Source: Patescibacteria group bacterium (GTDB lineage: Bacteria > Patescibacteriota > Microgenomatia > UBA1400 > PJMF01). From it: 64,000 nucleotides of DNA. Numbering within the stretch: the first letter of the stretch is position 1; each line of letters starts with the position of its first letter. Both the position numbers and the translations under genes were made by a program. Below the pieces are notes generated by a model. That model ran no database searches. It was not told the origin of the DNA and was given only the letters and a program-made list of their open reading frames with translations. The stretch covers positions 451,271-515,270 of the forward strand of contig BOKR01000001.1 of the NCBI GenBank assembly GCA_016861085.1. Direction: 5' to 3'. Positions 54,124 to 63,463 of the stretch are shown piece after piece.

Positions 54124-54887
54124 TGCTACCACTGGTTTCACACAAGTACCTTTTGTTACAGCTCATACAAAGGGAGATTAAGGCAAGGTACAAACAATCA
54201 ATCATTGGTTATTTTTGGGTTATTTTGAATCCTTTGTCTCAAATGTTAGTGTATACATTTGTTTTTAGTATTGTTTTTAAGTTTCCAACAAGTGTTCCAT
54301 ACCCGTTATTCTTGTTTGCAGCCTTGCTTCCTTGGACGCTATTGCAAGGAACTATAACAACAGCTACAAATAGTCTGGTCTATAATGATATTTTGCTTAA
54401 AAAGGTAGCTTTCCCAAGAGAAATTATTCCATACTCTGTGATAGCTGCAAAAACGATTGATTTTGTTTTCTCGTCACTCATTTTTGTTTTTTTGATGTTT
54501 TTATATAAAGTTCCTTTTTTACCTACAACACTTCTATTTTTCCCATTGTTTTTTGTACAAATAATTTTGATTGCGGGTATTTCATTATGTTTATCCGCAT
54601 TTAACTTATTTTATAGAGACATTCAGTATCTTACGAACTTAGTGTTGATGATTTGGATGTATATAACACCAGTAGTATATCCTCTGGCATTAGTTCCGAA
54701 AGAATTTTTACAGTTATATAAATTGAATCCAATGGTTGGAATCATTGAAGGGTATCGAGCGGTTTTGTTCGGTGAGAGGTTTGACCTTGACTCATTTCTT
54801 TGGTCTGCTATTGTCTCAGTTATACTCTTTGTTGTTGGTTTTTTGATTTTTAAAAGATTAGAAAAAACTTTTGCAGATATTGTATAA
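54123..54887 (+). CDS. wzm: Polysaccharide ABC exporter permease (Wzm/RfbA)
   Basis: REIKARYKQSIIGYFWVILNP, KVAFPRE, YRDI, YITPVVYP, LNP and FADIV; ATG at 54123 overlaps the upstream stop (track start 54108). Confidence 0.92.
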   Translation: MLPLVSHKYLLLQLIQREIKARYKQSIIGYFWVILNPLSQMLVYTFVFSIVFKFPTSVPYPLFLFAALLPWTLLQGTITTATNSLVYNDILLKKVAFPREIIPYSVIAAKTIDFVFSSLIFVFLMFLYKVPFLPTTLLFFPLFFVQIILIAGISLCLSAFNLFYRDIQYLTNLVLMIWMYITPVVYPLALVPKEFLQLYKLNPMVGIIEGYRAVLFGERFDLDSFLWSAIVSVILFVVGFLIFKRLEKTFADIV

Positions 54888-54895
54888 AAAAAGCT

Positions 54896-55627
54896 ATGAG
54901 CAACCTACCACACATTTTACTATCAAATGTAACTAAGAAGTTTATGTTACAAGGTGACAGAACTTTTAAAGAACTTCTTCCTAGTTTGATTAAAGGAAAC
55001 TCTTGGGCTCAAGAACTGCAAGCGCTTAAGAAAGTTAATTTAGAAATTCAGTCTGGTGAGACTGTCGGAATTGTTGGGCATAATGGAGCTGGTAAGTCAA
55101 CCCTTATGAAACTAATTGCAGGAGTTACATACCCAACAACTGGTGAAATTTCAGTTCAGGGAAGAGTTGCCCCGTTGATTGAGCTTGGAGCAGGGTTTCA
55201 TTATGAGTTGAATGGGTACGAAAATATTTATTTAAATGGTGCAATACTAGGCATGCACAAAGAGAAGATTGAGTCAGAAAAAGAAAACATAATAAAGTTT
55301 AGTGGTATTAAAAAATTCTTACATGAGCCTTTGAAGCGTTTTTCTACTGGTATGGTTATGCGTTTAGCTTTCTCCATAGCAGTACATGCCCATGCGCAGA
55401 TTTACCTTATTGATGAGGTTCTGGCTGTGGGAGACTCTGAGTTTCAGCAGCAATGTTTAGAGAAGTTAAATGAGATAAAAAGAGAAAAAGATAAAATTGT
55501 TGTTTTTATTAGTCATGATGAACAAGCAGTTCAGCATTTTTGTGAAAGAGTTGTTGTTTTAGATACTGGCAAAGTGATATACGATGGAGGTGTCAAAAAC
55601 GCTTTCGATGTATACCATCGAAAATAA
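54896..55627 (+). CDS. wzt: Polysaccharide ABC exporter ATPase (Wzt/RfbB), without a C-terminal carbohydrate-binding domain
   Basis: GHNGAGKST, LIELGAGF, ENIYLNG, FSTGMVMRLAFS and IDEVLAVGD; 243 aa. Confidence 0.92.
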   Translation: MSNLPHILLSNVTKKFMLQGDRTFKELLPSLIKGNSWAQELQALKKVNLEIQSGETVGIVGHNGAGKSTLMKLIAGVTYPTTGEISVQGRVAPLIELGAGFHYELNGYENIYLNGAILGMHKEKIESEKENIIKFSGIKKFLHEPLKRFSTGMVMRLAFSIAVHAHAQIYLIDEVLAVGDSEFQQQCLEKLNEIKREKDKIVVFISHDEQAVQHFCERVVVLDTGKVIYDGGVKNAFDVYHRK

Positions 55628-55632
55628 TTTTT

Positions 55633-56766
55633 TTACTTTTCGTCCCAAATGTTATCTTTTTCCCATTCACGTTTGGAATTCAGTCTCCAGACTCTTGGGT
55701 CACGAAAACTGTTAGCTACTTGCCAAAATTCTTTTTCTTTCATACCAACGTAGTCTAGCCAATACTTCAGGTCACTTGGGACTACGTGGTCGTATTTTTT
55801 GACCATTTCGATCCCCTTTTCTCTAGTCATTAATCCACTGCGGATATCTTTTGAAGCATGATCAGAACCCCTTCCGTAACCGAATTTTATATATTTGAGG
55901 TAATCATGTAATCCGTTTTCATATCTATCATCTAAGTTGGACATTTTACGATAGGTTCTTTCGAATGGTTGAACAGCTTCTTTCCAACCGTATTTCTTTT
56001 GGACAAGTTTTGTATGTTTATATGGTTCCCATTTGAAAAAGTTTCCGATGTACAATCCTCTTACCCCAACTTTCAGAATTTCTTCGTCGGTAGGATATTT
56101 TGTCCATAGAAGGTCTTTTTCTGTTAAAGGTTCTTTTTCATCATTAATCAAGTTGTACCATTCATAACCCCTCAAGCCATGTTCATGACGTACACGAGCA
56201 CTGAATTCAACATAGTCTTCTGGCTCAAACATTCCTGATATGTCCCATACTATTTCACCCCATATAATAAGGGGAATATTAAATTTAACTGCAATTTGAA
56301 CCGGATAAGTAAAAATTCCGCAGTGACCATGCCAGTTCATATCGCCCATTTTTCTGAAACAGAGCCTATTGAGTTTTTTAAGCACCTCAACACTTGGTCC
56401 AAATACAATATGATCTGCGTCAAAATTATGTCTCATTCTGTCTCGATTGTAATCGCCTTCTGGTAGGTAATTGTTTCCATGATAGGTAACTAGGAGAGGT
56501 TTGAGACCATACTCTTTTGCCATGATATGAGCTTGATAGTAGCTGTCCTTTCCACCACTAACAGGTATGATACAGTCATAGTTTGAAGTGTTGTTTCTTA
56601 ATGTTTCTTCAATAATTCTTTCAAATCTCTTTTTTCTTTTATCCCAGAATTCCGGAGTAAGTTTATCCATTTTTTCTGCAACTCTACAACTAGAACATAT
56701 GCCGTCTTTATCAATTCCAAGATTAACTGCAACTTCTGGATATACACAACGTTTACAATATTTCAT
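55633..56766 (-). CDS. N-acetyl sugar amidotransferase (WbpG/WbuX/PseA-like)
   Basis: MKYCKRC, GICSSC, PP-loop YDCIIPVSGGKDS, HDYLKYIKFGYGR and IRSGLMTREKG. Confidence 0.88.
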   Translation of the reverse strand: MKYCKRCVYPEVAVNLGIDKDGICSSCRVAEKMDKLTPEFWDKRKKRFERIIEETLRNNTSNYDCIIPVSGGKDSYYQAHIMAKEYGLKPLLVTYHGNNYLPEGDYNRDRMRHNFDADHIVFGPSVEVLKKLNRLCFRKMGDMNWHGHCGIFTYPVQIAVKFNIPLIIWGEIVWDISGMFEPEDYVEFSARVRHEHGLRGYEWYNLINDEKEPLTEKDLLWTKYPTDEEILKVGVRGLYIGNFFKWEPYKHTKLVQKKYGWKEAVQPFERTYRKMSNLDDRYENGLHDYLKYIKFGYGRGSDHASKDIRSGLMTREKGIEMVKKYDHVVPSDLKYWLDYVGMKEKEFWQVANSFRDPRVWRLNSKREWEKDNIWDEK

Positions 56767-57581
56767 AATGTTTCATCAATTCCTAACAAATTTGGTGGAC
56801 GAACCTTATAATTATTATCATATAAATACTTTTTTGCAAGATAAACACTTTGGTCAATATGATGGAAGACATTGGCAGCTGCAACAGCATCTACTGCACT
56901 TTCATCAAATGCTTCAGCAAAGTCAAACCATTCTCCAGCTCCACCACAAGCAATTACAGGTATTTTTACTGCCTGAGAAACTTCCTGTAATAATGGTATC
57001 TCATATCCATTTTTCTTACCATCTCTATCAACTGAGTTCAAGAGTATTTCTCCTGCCCCACATTCTTCGGCAATCTTTGCCCACTCTTTTGCTCCATATT
57101 TTGTAATTTCACTGCCTGAATTTTTCATTACGATGTATGAATCATCGATTTTTTTAACATCAATGGAAACAACTACGCATTGTGAACCAAACTGTTTAGC
57201 TGCTTGTGTAATGAACTTTTTATCTTCAAGTGGTTTAGTATTAATAGAAATTTTGTCAGCACCTCTTGAGAGTCGATCTTCTATATCTTTCAAAGTTCTA
57301 ATTTTTCCTCCAATTGTAATAGGCATAAATGTTCTTTTTGACACATCATCAAGAATCTCAAAAATCGTATGACGGTTTGGATTATGTAAGTCTTCTCTTC
57401 TCATGTCATAGTTTTCATCTGTAGATATATCCAAGTAAATCAACTCATCAGATGCCCATTGACTCAATCTCTTTACGGCAGTGATTGGGTTTCCAAGGTT
57501 TTGGTACTCTGAAAATCCTTTGCTTTGCACGAGCCAGCCATTTCTCAGTAGAAGTACGGGGATGAGACGTTTCTTTTTCAT
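56763..57581 (-). CDS. hisF: HisF-like cyclase subunit (glycan-locus paralog, WbuZ-like)
   Basis: RLIPVLLL, GNP, DELIYLDI, PITIGG, GADKISIN, GAGEILLNSVDRDG and PVIACGGAG. Confidence 0.85.
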   Translation of the reverse strand: MKKKRLIPVLLLRNGWLVQSKGFSEYQNLGNPITAVKRLSQWASDELIYLDISTDENYDMRREDLHNPNRHTIFEILDDVSKRTFMPITIGGKIRTLKDIEDRLSRGADKISINTKPLEDKKFITQAAKQFGSQCVVVSIDVKKIDDSYIVMKNSGSEITKYGAKEWAKIAEECGAGEILLNSVDRDGKKNGYEIPLLQEVSQAVKIPVIACGGAGEWFDFAEAFDESAVDAVAAANVFHHIDQSVYLAKKYLYDNNYKVRPPNLLGIDETL

Positions 57582-58189
57582 ATCCTCAAAAAGTTTTCAA
57601 GTAATATTTTTCCTGTTTGTTGGCTTTTCTCTGGGTGGAATTGCACACCATAAATATTATCTTTTTGGAGTATTGAGCAAAAATCAGTTCCATAGTTTGT
57701 ATGTGCAACTACTACCTCCTCATTTTTTGGTTCAAAACAAAAGCTGTGGACAAAATAAAAGTCGGAATTTTGAGGTAAATGCTTTGTTAATACTGATTCT
57801 TTTACAACTTCAATATTATTCCATCCAACATGTGGGAGGGGTAGTGAATCAACTGAAAGAACTTTGACTACTCCTGGTATCCATCCCAAACCTTTGTGTA
57901 TACCGAATTCATGTCCTGTATCTGCTAAAACTTGCATGCCAACGCAAATACCAAGAAATGGTTTTTTTTGATTAAAGACTGCTGTCTTTAAAAGTTCTAG
58001 AGGAATATTTTTTTGTATTTTTTTCATTGAAGAACCAAATGCCCCAACCCCTGGAAGTATGAGGTGCGTTGCGTCGATAATATCTTTTGGTTCGTTGGAT
58101 ATCACAACTTGTTTTTCAATGAGGGAGACAATATTGAAAACAGATCTTACATTACCTGATCCATAATCTAGTATGCAGATTTTTTTCAT
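57578..58189 (-). CDS. hisH: HisH-like glutamine amidotransferase (glycan-locus paralog, WbuY-like)
   Basis: DYGSGN, LPGVGAF, GICVGMQ (catalytic Cys), PHVGWN, FYFVHS and QFHPEKS. Confidence 0.88.
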   Translation of the reverse strand: MKKICILDYGSGNVRSVFNIVSLIEKQVVISNEPKDIIDATHLILPGVGAFGSSMKKIQKNIPLELLKTAVFNQKKPFLGICVGMQVLADTGHEFGIHKGLGWIPGVVKVLSVDSLPLPHVGWNNIEVVKESVLTKHLPQNSDFYFVHSFCFEPKNEEVVVAHTNYGTDFCSILQKDNIYGVQFHPEKSQQTGKILLENFLRI

Positions 58190-59670
58190 ATTTCTTTGAT
58201 TATAGCATTGGCCATAGTATCAATTAATAGATTTCTTGGTTGGGGTGATAATGCTGCTAACTCTGGTGATGTAGCTGTGTTGATAAATTTTTTCTTATAG
58301 TACAAAAGGTATCTTAAGACTTCTTCAAGCACTGTTGTTTTTTTTATATTGCTTATCATTTTTAAAGCTTCTTTACATTCATTTTGAGAGGTCACAATGT
58401 AACAGGCATTACAAGGACTATACCAAGCTGAAGCACTAAAGGTAAGCACTGGTTTACCCATAATAAGCGACTCCCAGCCACTACTACCAGTTAATGTAAC
58501 AGTACACTGAGAATGTTTGATGAGATCCTGAGAGCTAGTATCTAGTGAAACTAATCTAATATTTTTATATTGATTGATTTTTTCGTAAAATTCTTTAGTT
58601 CTAAAGTTCATCTTTCTAGTATCAGTCCTTGAGAACTGGTTTGGATGTTCTTTCACATACAACAACCAACCAGTGGGAAGAGATTTTGAAAGTATATCTA
58701 TTGCTAATAGCTGATTCTCAAAAATGTCACCTTCTGGCATGCTAGTTCTTTCTGGCTGAAAGTGTAGTGCAAAGTAGACAAATTTTTTGTTAACTTGCAC
58801 TTGCTTTGCTGTTTTATTATAAAAATTAAATAATGCTTTGTTTTTGAAATAGTATTGGAATATCATTAAATAGTATCCAAACCAGTTTGTTGGTTTTTCC
58901 ATGTATGTAGGACTAAAATAAACTCTTTCGAATGGATTATGAATGAGAGAAAACAGTGCTTTGATGGTTGGAATATCGATAATTGCTTTAAAAAAACTGG
59001 AATTATTTTGTTTTGTAGCTGTCTTATTATCTTGAATGTTAATTTTCATTAAGATGCTTTGCTGAAAGATCTGCGAAAACTGTCTTTCTCCAAGCTTCAT
59101 TTTTAATTCTTTAAAGTTGTTGTCAGAGAGGTATGTTGAAGGAATTTTTTTAAAGTTATTGTAATCATTAGTGATAAGGGCTGTATCATCAAGCAAAGTT
59201 TCTCTCACGATAATACATTTAATATTGAGCTGTTTTGCTAAAGCAAGCACAATATTTCCGTATCCAAGGTGTGGAACTCTTGGAAAAATAATCCTTTTTA
59301 TTTTCTCTTTTTCTAGAAAGTGCTTCCAAAATAAGAGGAGTTCATAGTATTGCTGTTTTCTGAATTGAACTGTTTTTGGATAAAAACAAGTTCTATCTGT
59401 AATGCTTAAGTATAAGCTTTCGAGCTCAAAGTTCTGGTAAATGGTCTTTTTTGATAAGCTTTTTGGGTTATTCTTATTGATTCCATTTATTTTATCTGCA
59501 AAGTGAAATTGTTTTTCATCTATGATTTTTATGTTTGAAAATTCTTTTTTATTTCTATAAAGATCAGGAAAAGTTGTAACAATGTGGGTGATTGGGCAGT
59601 CTTTTTTTACAAGCGCTTCTACCACATCCCTGTAATAGTTATCGTTAAATTCAAGGAGCAATATGCTCAT
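58186..59670 (-). CDS. Capsule-biosynthesis (KpsS-like) GT-B protein; putative nonulosonate/Kdo-type transferase
   Basis: YFALHFQPERTS, LYVKEHP and VTLTGSSGWESL, typical of the CMP-sugar-using capsule biosynthesis family. Confidence 0.7.
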   Translation of the reverse strand: MSILLLEFNDNYYRDVVEALVKKDCPITHIVTTFPDLYRNKKEFSNIKIIDEKQFHFADKINGINKNNPKSLSKKTIYQNFELESLYLSITDRTCFYPKTVQFRKQQYYELLLFWKHFLEKEKIKRIIFPRVPHLGYGNIVLALAKQLNIKCIIVRETLLDDTALITNDYNNFKKIPSTYLSDNNFKELKMKLGERQFSQIFQQSILMKINIQDNKTATKQNNSSFFKAIIDIPTIKALFSLIHNPFERVYFSPTYMEKPTNWFGYYLMIFQYYFKNKALFNFYNKTAKQVQVNKKFVYFALHFQPERTSMPEGDIFENQLLAIDILSKSLPTGWLLYVKEHPNQFSRTDTRKMNFRTKEFYEKINQYKNIRLVSLDTSSQDLIKHSQCTVTLTGSSGWESLIMGKPVLTFSASAWYSPCNACYIVTSQNECKEALKMISNIKKTTVLEEVLRYLLYYKKKFINTATSPELAALSPQPRNLLIDTMANAIIKEI

Positions 59671-59713
59671 AGTAGCTTTCTAAAAAATTTGGTAGGTGGA
59701 TACTGTGAGCTCA

Positions 59714-61123
59714 CTATTTGTTTACACAATTATAGTAAGATTCGTTTTCTAACTCTCCAAAATCACCATTTTTAATTGCTATATTTATTTCTGAGATTGC
59801 GTCAGATATTGTATGCTTTGCAGTAAACCCTAATTCTTTCTCAATTTTATCAAAAGATACTTGGTATGTTCGTTTATCAGTCACAGAGCTATTCTCTGCT
59901 TTGTGCAATTCTACTTTGGTGTTTGGTAGTACCTTTTTTACAACATCACCTATTTGTTTAATAGTAAAGTTTTGTTGGTTTGTTCCAACATTAAAAATAG
60001 TATTATCTATATTTTCAAATGACTTTTCTAAAACAGAAACATATGCTTGTGCTGCGTCAGCAACATGTAATAGTGGTCTCCATTGATCTCCACCAAAAAT
60101 ACTTATTTGTTTTTTTGTGGTTGCCATTTTGGCAAAAATATTAACAACTAAATCAAATCTCATTCTAGGAGAGTAACCATATAAAGTGCTCATTCTCATA
60201 ATGATTGGTTTAAAGTTTTCATCAGCAAGACTGAGAATAGCCTTTTCTGACTCAATTTTTGTTCGAGCATATAGAGAAACTGGGTTGAGATCAGAGCTTT
60301 CATCGAGTCTCTTTGAACCAACTCCGTATACGCTACAAGTTGAAGCAAAAATAAATTTATTGATTTGATAGTATTTACATGCTAACGCCAAAGTCATAGT
60401 TGCTAAGTAGTTAGTTGCAATAGTTTCTTGTGGGTATTTTGTACTGGCTGGATCTCCAACTATTGCAGCCAAATGAATAACAGAATCAACATTTTCAAGT
60501 GATTCATGCATTGTTTGTATATTACGGACGTCGCCTTTGATAAGCTCAAAATTAGGATCATTATATAAGTCAGAAATACTTGTGTCACCAAACTTAAGAA
60601 CATCTAGAACTCGCACAATGTAGCCTTTTTTTAAAAGTAGCCTAGATATTATTGAGCCTAAGTAACCTGCACCTCCAATGATCAAGACACGTCTAATTCC
60701 GGAATCTACGTTTGGAGTTTCTGGCTGAAAATTTAAAGAAATGTTATTTTTTGTCTGTGAATAACTCAAGATGTCGACAATTTGTTTTTTTTCGTTAATT
60801 ACTGGGATTTGTAGATAAAGAATTTGTTCGCTGATTTTTTCTTCATGTTCTTCAATATATTTAAGAACATTCTGGGTGATCTTTATTTTGCTCTGACCTT
60901 TTTTTACAGTAAGAGGACTCTTATTCATGATCTCAGCAACAGGAGCATTAATGTCAAATCCATTATTTAGAGCTCTTCTAATATCCCCTGGAGTAACAAC
61001 ACCTTTAAGAACATTGTTGTTATCTACTACAAAGACAATTCCCCAACCATTCGTATCAATTTTTTTCATGATACTTTTAGCAGCAGCATTTTTTCGGATA
61101 AAGAGTTGTTCTATGTTTTTCAT
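59714..61123 (-). CDS. CBS-pair + NAD-dependent epimerase/dehydratase fusion
   Basis: N-terminal GIVFVVD..LKGVVTPGDIRRAL..IMNKSP (CBS); C-terminal IIGGAGYLGS, HLAAIVGDPA, ASTCSVYG, YARTK and RMRFDLVVN. Confidence 0.85.
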   Translation of the reverse strand: MKNIEQLFIRKNAAAKSIMKKIDTNGWGIVFVVDNNNVLKGVVTPGDIRRALNNGFDINAPVAEIMNKSPLTVKKGQSKIKITQNVLKYIEEHEEKISEQILYLQIPVINEKKQIVDILSYSQTKNNISLNFQPETPNVDSGIRRVLIIGGAGYLGSIISRLLLKKGYIVRVLDVLKFGDTSISDLYNDPNFELIKGDVRNIQTMHESLENVDSVIHLAAIVGDPASTKYPQETIATNYLATMTLALACKYYQINKFIFASTCSVYGVGSKRLDESSDLNPVSLYARTKIESEKAILSLADENFKPIIMRMSTLYGYSPRMRFDLVVNIFAKMATTKKQISIFGGDQWRPLLHVADAAQAYVSVLEKSFENIDNTIFNVGTNQQNFTIKQIGDVVKKVLPNTKVELHKAENSSVTDKRTYQVSFDKIEKELGFTAKHTISDAISEINIAIKNGDFGELENESYYNCVNK

Positions 61124-61218
61124 AATGTAGCCTTGATACTACATCAGACTATATAAATTTTGCAATACATATTTCAAGTATAGCTTGTTGTAGGTGACTG
61201 TTAATCAAGTTAGCTGAG

Positions 61219-61227
61219 TGGTAGAAT
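61219..61227 (+). promoter_or_regulatory. Extended -10 promoter of the wzx-neuA-aminotransferase operon
   Basis: TGGTAGAAT; it overlaps the track's ATG at 61226, which favours ATG 61238 as the start. Confidence 0.5.
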
Positions 61228-61237
61228 GGTGAAACGA

Positions 61238-62779
61238 ATGAATAAACTTCTTAAAAACAGTATTTACCTTTCACTATTCACTGTTATTTCTCTACCTGCT
61301 TCTTATGTAATTAGACTTATTTTATCTCAGCATCTTTCACTATCTGATTTTGGACTATTATATGCACTTATTGGTTTTTTTAGTATGGTTCAATCTTTTA
61401 ATGACCTAGGATTTTCCGAAACTCAAGCATACTTTATCCCAAAATATATTGAGCAAAAGAGAGAGGACAAGATAAAAGCTGTAGTTAAGACTCAATTATT
61501 TAATCAGTTATTCACAACATTCCTGATTGGTTTAGTTTTGGCTATATTTGCGGAATGGTTTGTTACGACAATTTTTCACTCTCCAAACGCAACTAACCTT
61601 TTTAGATTATTTATCTTAGCTTTTATTGGAAAAGATTTTTTACAAAATACAAAGATGCTTTTCTTCGCCTATCAGGAAGGAAAATTTCATGGCTCTCAAG
61701 AACCACTTCGAATCTTTTTAACACTTTTTTTACTCATCATTGGGGTAGCACTTTTTAAGGTAGATATTTTATTTGTTGTTTGGACATGGGTAATTGTGTA
61801 TGGAGTTTTAGCACTTCTTTATTTTATTTTGTTTGTGATTCGCTATAAAAAGATTTTACAAGCAAAGCATTATCCTATGAAAGAAATATATAAGGAATTT
61901 TTTCCTTTTTTGGTACCAACTTTATTAGCAAATAATGCTGGAGTCATGTTTTCTGCAGGAACAGAAATCTTCTTAGCTTATTTTAAAGGAACTGCAGATG
62001 TTGGACTATATAATATTGCTAAGCCAATTTCTAATCTAGCTTTGGCAATAACTACTCCGATAGCAAATTTGCTTAAACCACACGTTTCTCAGATAGATGA
62101 ACAAAAAAATTACGAATCAGTGGAAAAACTTATTAGTATTACAATAAATGCTGGAGTATTTTTATTACTACCATTTTCTATAACTTTAGCGTTTTACGCT
62201 AAAGAAAGTATTGTTTTTCTATTCGGAAGTAAATATGTTGCTGCTACTCAAGCACTTCAATTTATCTCTTTTGAGATCGTTCTAAATATATTAAGTCTTT
62301 TTATATTTGGCATTATTTTTGGTTTGGGTTTACAAAAAAGTAGAGCAAAAATAATCTACCTTTCTTCTGCTATAAGCTTGGTTTTTTCTCTTATTTTAAT
62401 TCCCAGATTTGCATCTGTTGGTGTAGCATTAGCAAACCTTGGATATGCGTTAACAGCAGTTATTGGTGGACTATATATCATTAGGCAGAAAATTCCTTTT
62501 TCTTTTCCTCTCTCAAACTATCTTAAGATGCTAATTCTTTCTATGATTCTTATCTTTAGTCAGGTCTTGCTTAAATTTATTTCACCTTTGGAACTTTCAC
62601 AACAGTTGTTGCTTTTTATACTTAAGGCAGCAGTTGGTCTTTCACTTTATTATGGAATCGGTATTTTTATATTTAAAATTGTTGATATTCGTTTTGTAAC
62701 TAAATTGATTTTTCCTTCGATCCCTGCTAGAGTACAAATATTAATTGCAGCCCTGAAAGGCAAACAACAGGTGTTTTGA
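61238..62779 (+). CDS. wzx: Oligosaccharide flippase (Wzx/MOP family)
   Basis: About 14 TMs; LSLSDFGLL, NDLGF, VGLYNIA, LFGSKY and LIPRFASVGVALA. Confidence 0.85.
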   Translation: MNKLLKNSIYLSLFTVISLPASYVIRLILSQHLSLSDFGLLYALIGFFSMVQSFNDLGFSETQAYFIPKYIEQKREDKIKAVVKTQLFNQLFTTFLIGLVLAIFAEWFVTTIFHSPNATNLFRLFILAFIGKDFLQNTKMLFFAYQEGKFHGSQEPLRIFLTLFLLIIGVALFKVDILFVVWTWVIVYGVLALLYFILFVIRYKKILQAKHYPMKEIYKEFFPFLVPTLLANNAGVMFSAGTEIFLAYFKGTADVGLYNIAKPISNLALAITTPIANLLKPHVSQIDEQKNYESVEKLISITINAGVFLLLPFSITLAFYAKESIVFLFGSKYVAATQALQFISFEIVLNILSLFIFGIIFGLGLQKSRAKIIYLSSAISLVFSLILIPRFASVGVALANLGYALTAVIGGLYIIRQKIPFSFPLSNYLKMLILSMILIFSQVLLKFISPLELSQQLLLFILKAAVGLSLYYGIGIFIFKIVDIRFVTKLIFPSIPARVQILIAALKGKQQVF

Positions 62780-63462
62780 TGTCAAAAACAATAGCACTGA
62801 TTCCTGCTAGAGGTGGTTCACAGTCTATTCCGCGAAAAAACATTAAGTTATTGGGTAATAAACCTCTTGTTGCTTGGCCAATCGAGCTTGCTTTAAGTAT
62901 CCCTCAAATTGATAGAGTTATAGTTAGTAGTGATGATGATGAAATCATGACAATTGCTCAGAAGTATGGTGCTGAAGTTTTATTTAAACGACCTCAAGAT
63001 TTATCAGGCAGTGATGTTCCAACTTTACCGGTTTTACAACATGCGGTGAACTATTTACGTAAATCGGAGGGTTATTTTGCAGAGAACGTATTATTGCTCT
63101 ATCCTACAACACCTTTTTTGAAAAAAGAAAGAATTTTAGAAGGTATTGATTTGTTGAATGATGGAGCTGATAGTGTTATAGGAGTTAGAAAGATACGAGG
63201 CTATATATGGAAGAAAACTAAAAATAATGAAAACAAACTCATACCTTTTTATCCTCCAAAAAGAGTGAATAGACAAAAATTTGAGCACCTGTTAGAAGAA
63301 GTTGGTAATATTTACTTCATGAAAAGCTCAGTTTTAATAGAGCAAAATAGAATTGTTTCAGAGGAAAACTGCCAATTTATATTCGTAGGGCAAGATGAGA
63401 TACTTGACATAGATGAGCCGAGTGATTTTTTAGAAGCAGAAGAAAGATTAAGAAAGAATTAA
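62776..63462 (+). CDS. neuA: Acylneuraminate (nonulosonate) cytidylyltransferase
   Basis: IPARGGSQSIPRKN, VSSDD, LYPTTP and LDIDEPSDF. Confidence 0.88.
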   Translation: MMSKTIALIPARGGSQSIPRKNIKLLGNKPLVAWPIELALSIPQIDRVIVSSDDDEIMTIAQKYGAEVLFKRPQDLSGSDVPTLPVLQHAVNYLRKSEGYFAENVLLLYPTTPFLKKERILEGIDLLNDGADSVIGVRKIRGYIWKKTKNNENKLIPFYPPKRVNRQKFEHLLEEVGNIYFMKSSVLIEQNRIVSEENCQFIFVGQDEILDIDEPSDFLEAEERLRKN

Positions 63463-63463
63463 A

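Noticed and set aside
56763-58189. hisF/hisH as histidine biosynthesis genes
   Set aside because: No other his genes nearby, and they are coupled to an N-acetyl sugar amidotransferase, the known glycan-modification context.
59705-59714. 10-bp palindrome GTGAGCTCAC after the CBS-epimerase stop
   Set aside because: No loop or U-tract and no second copy seen; compatible with chance.
61209-61240. TAGCTGAGTGGTAGA resembling a tRNA D-arm (or an ops element)
   Set aside because: No acceptor stem, anticodon arm or TTC-containing T-arm follows; better explained as an extended -10 promoter (TGGTAGAAT).
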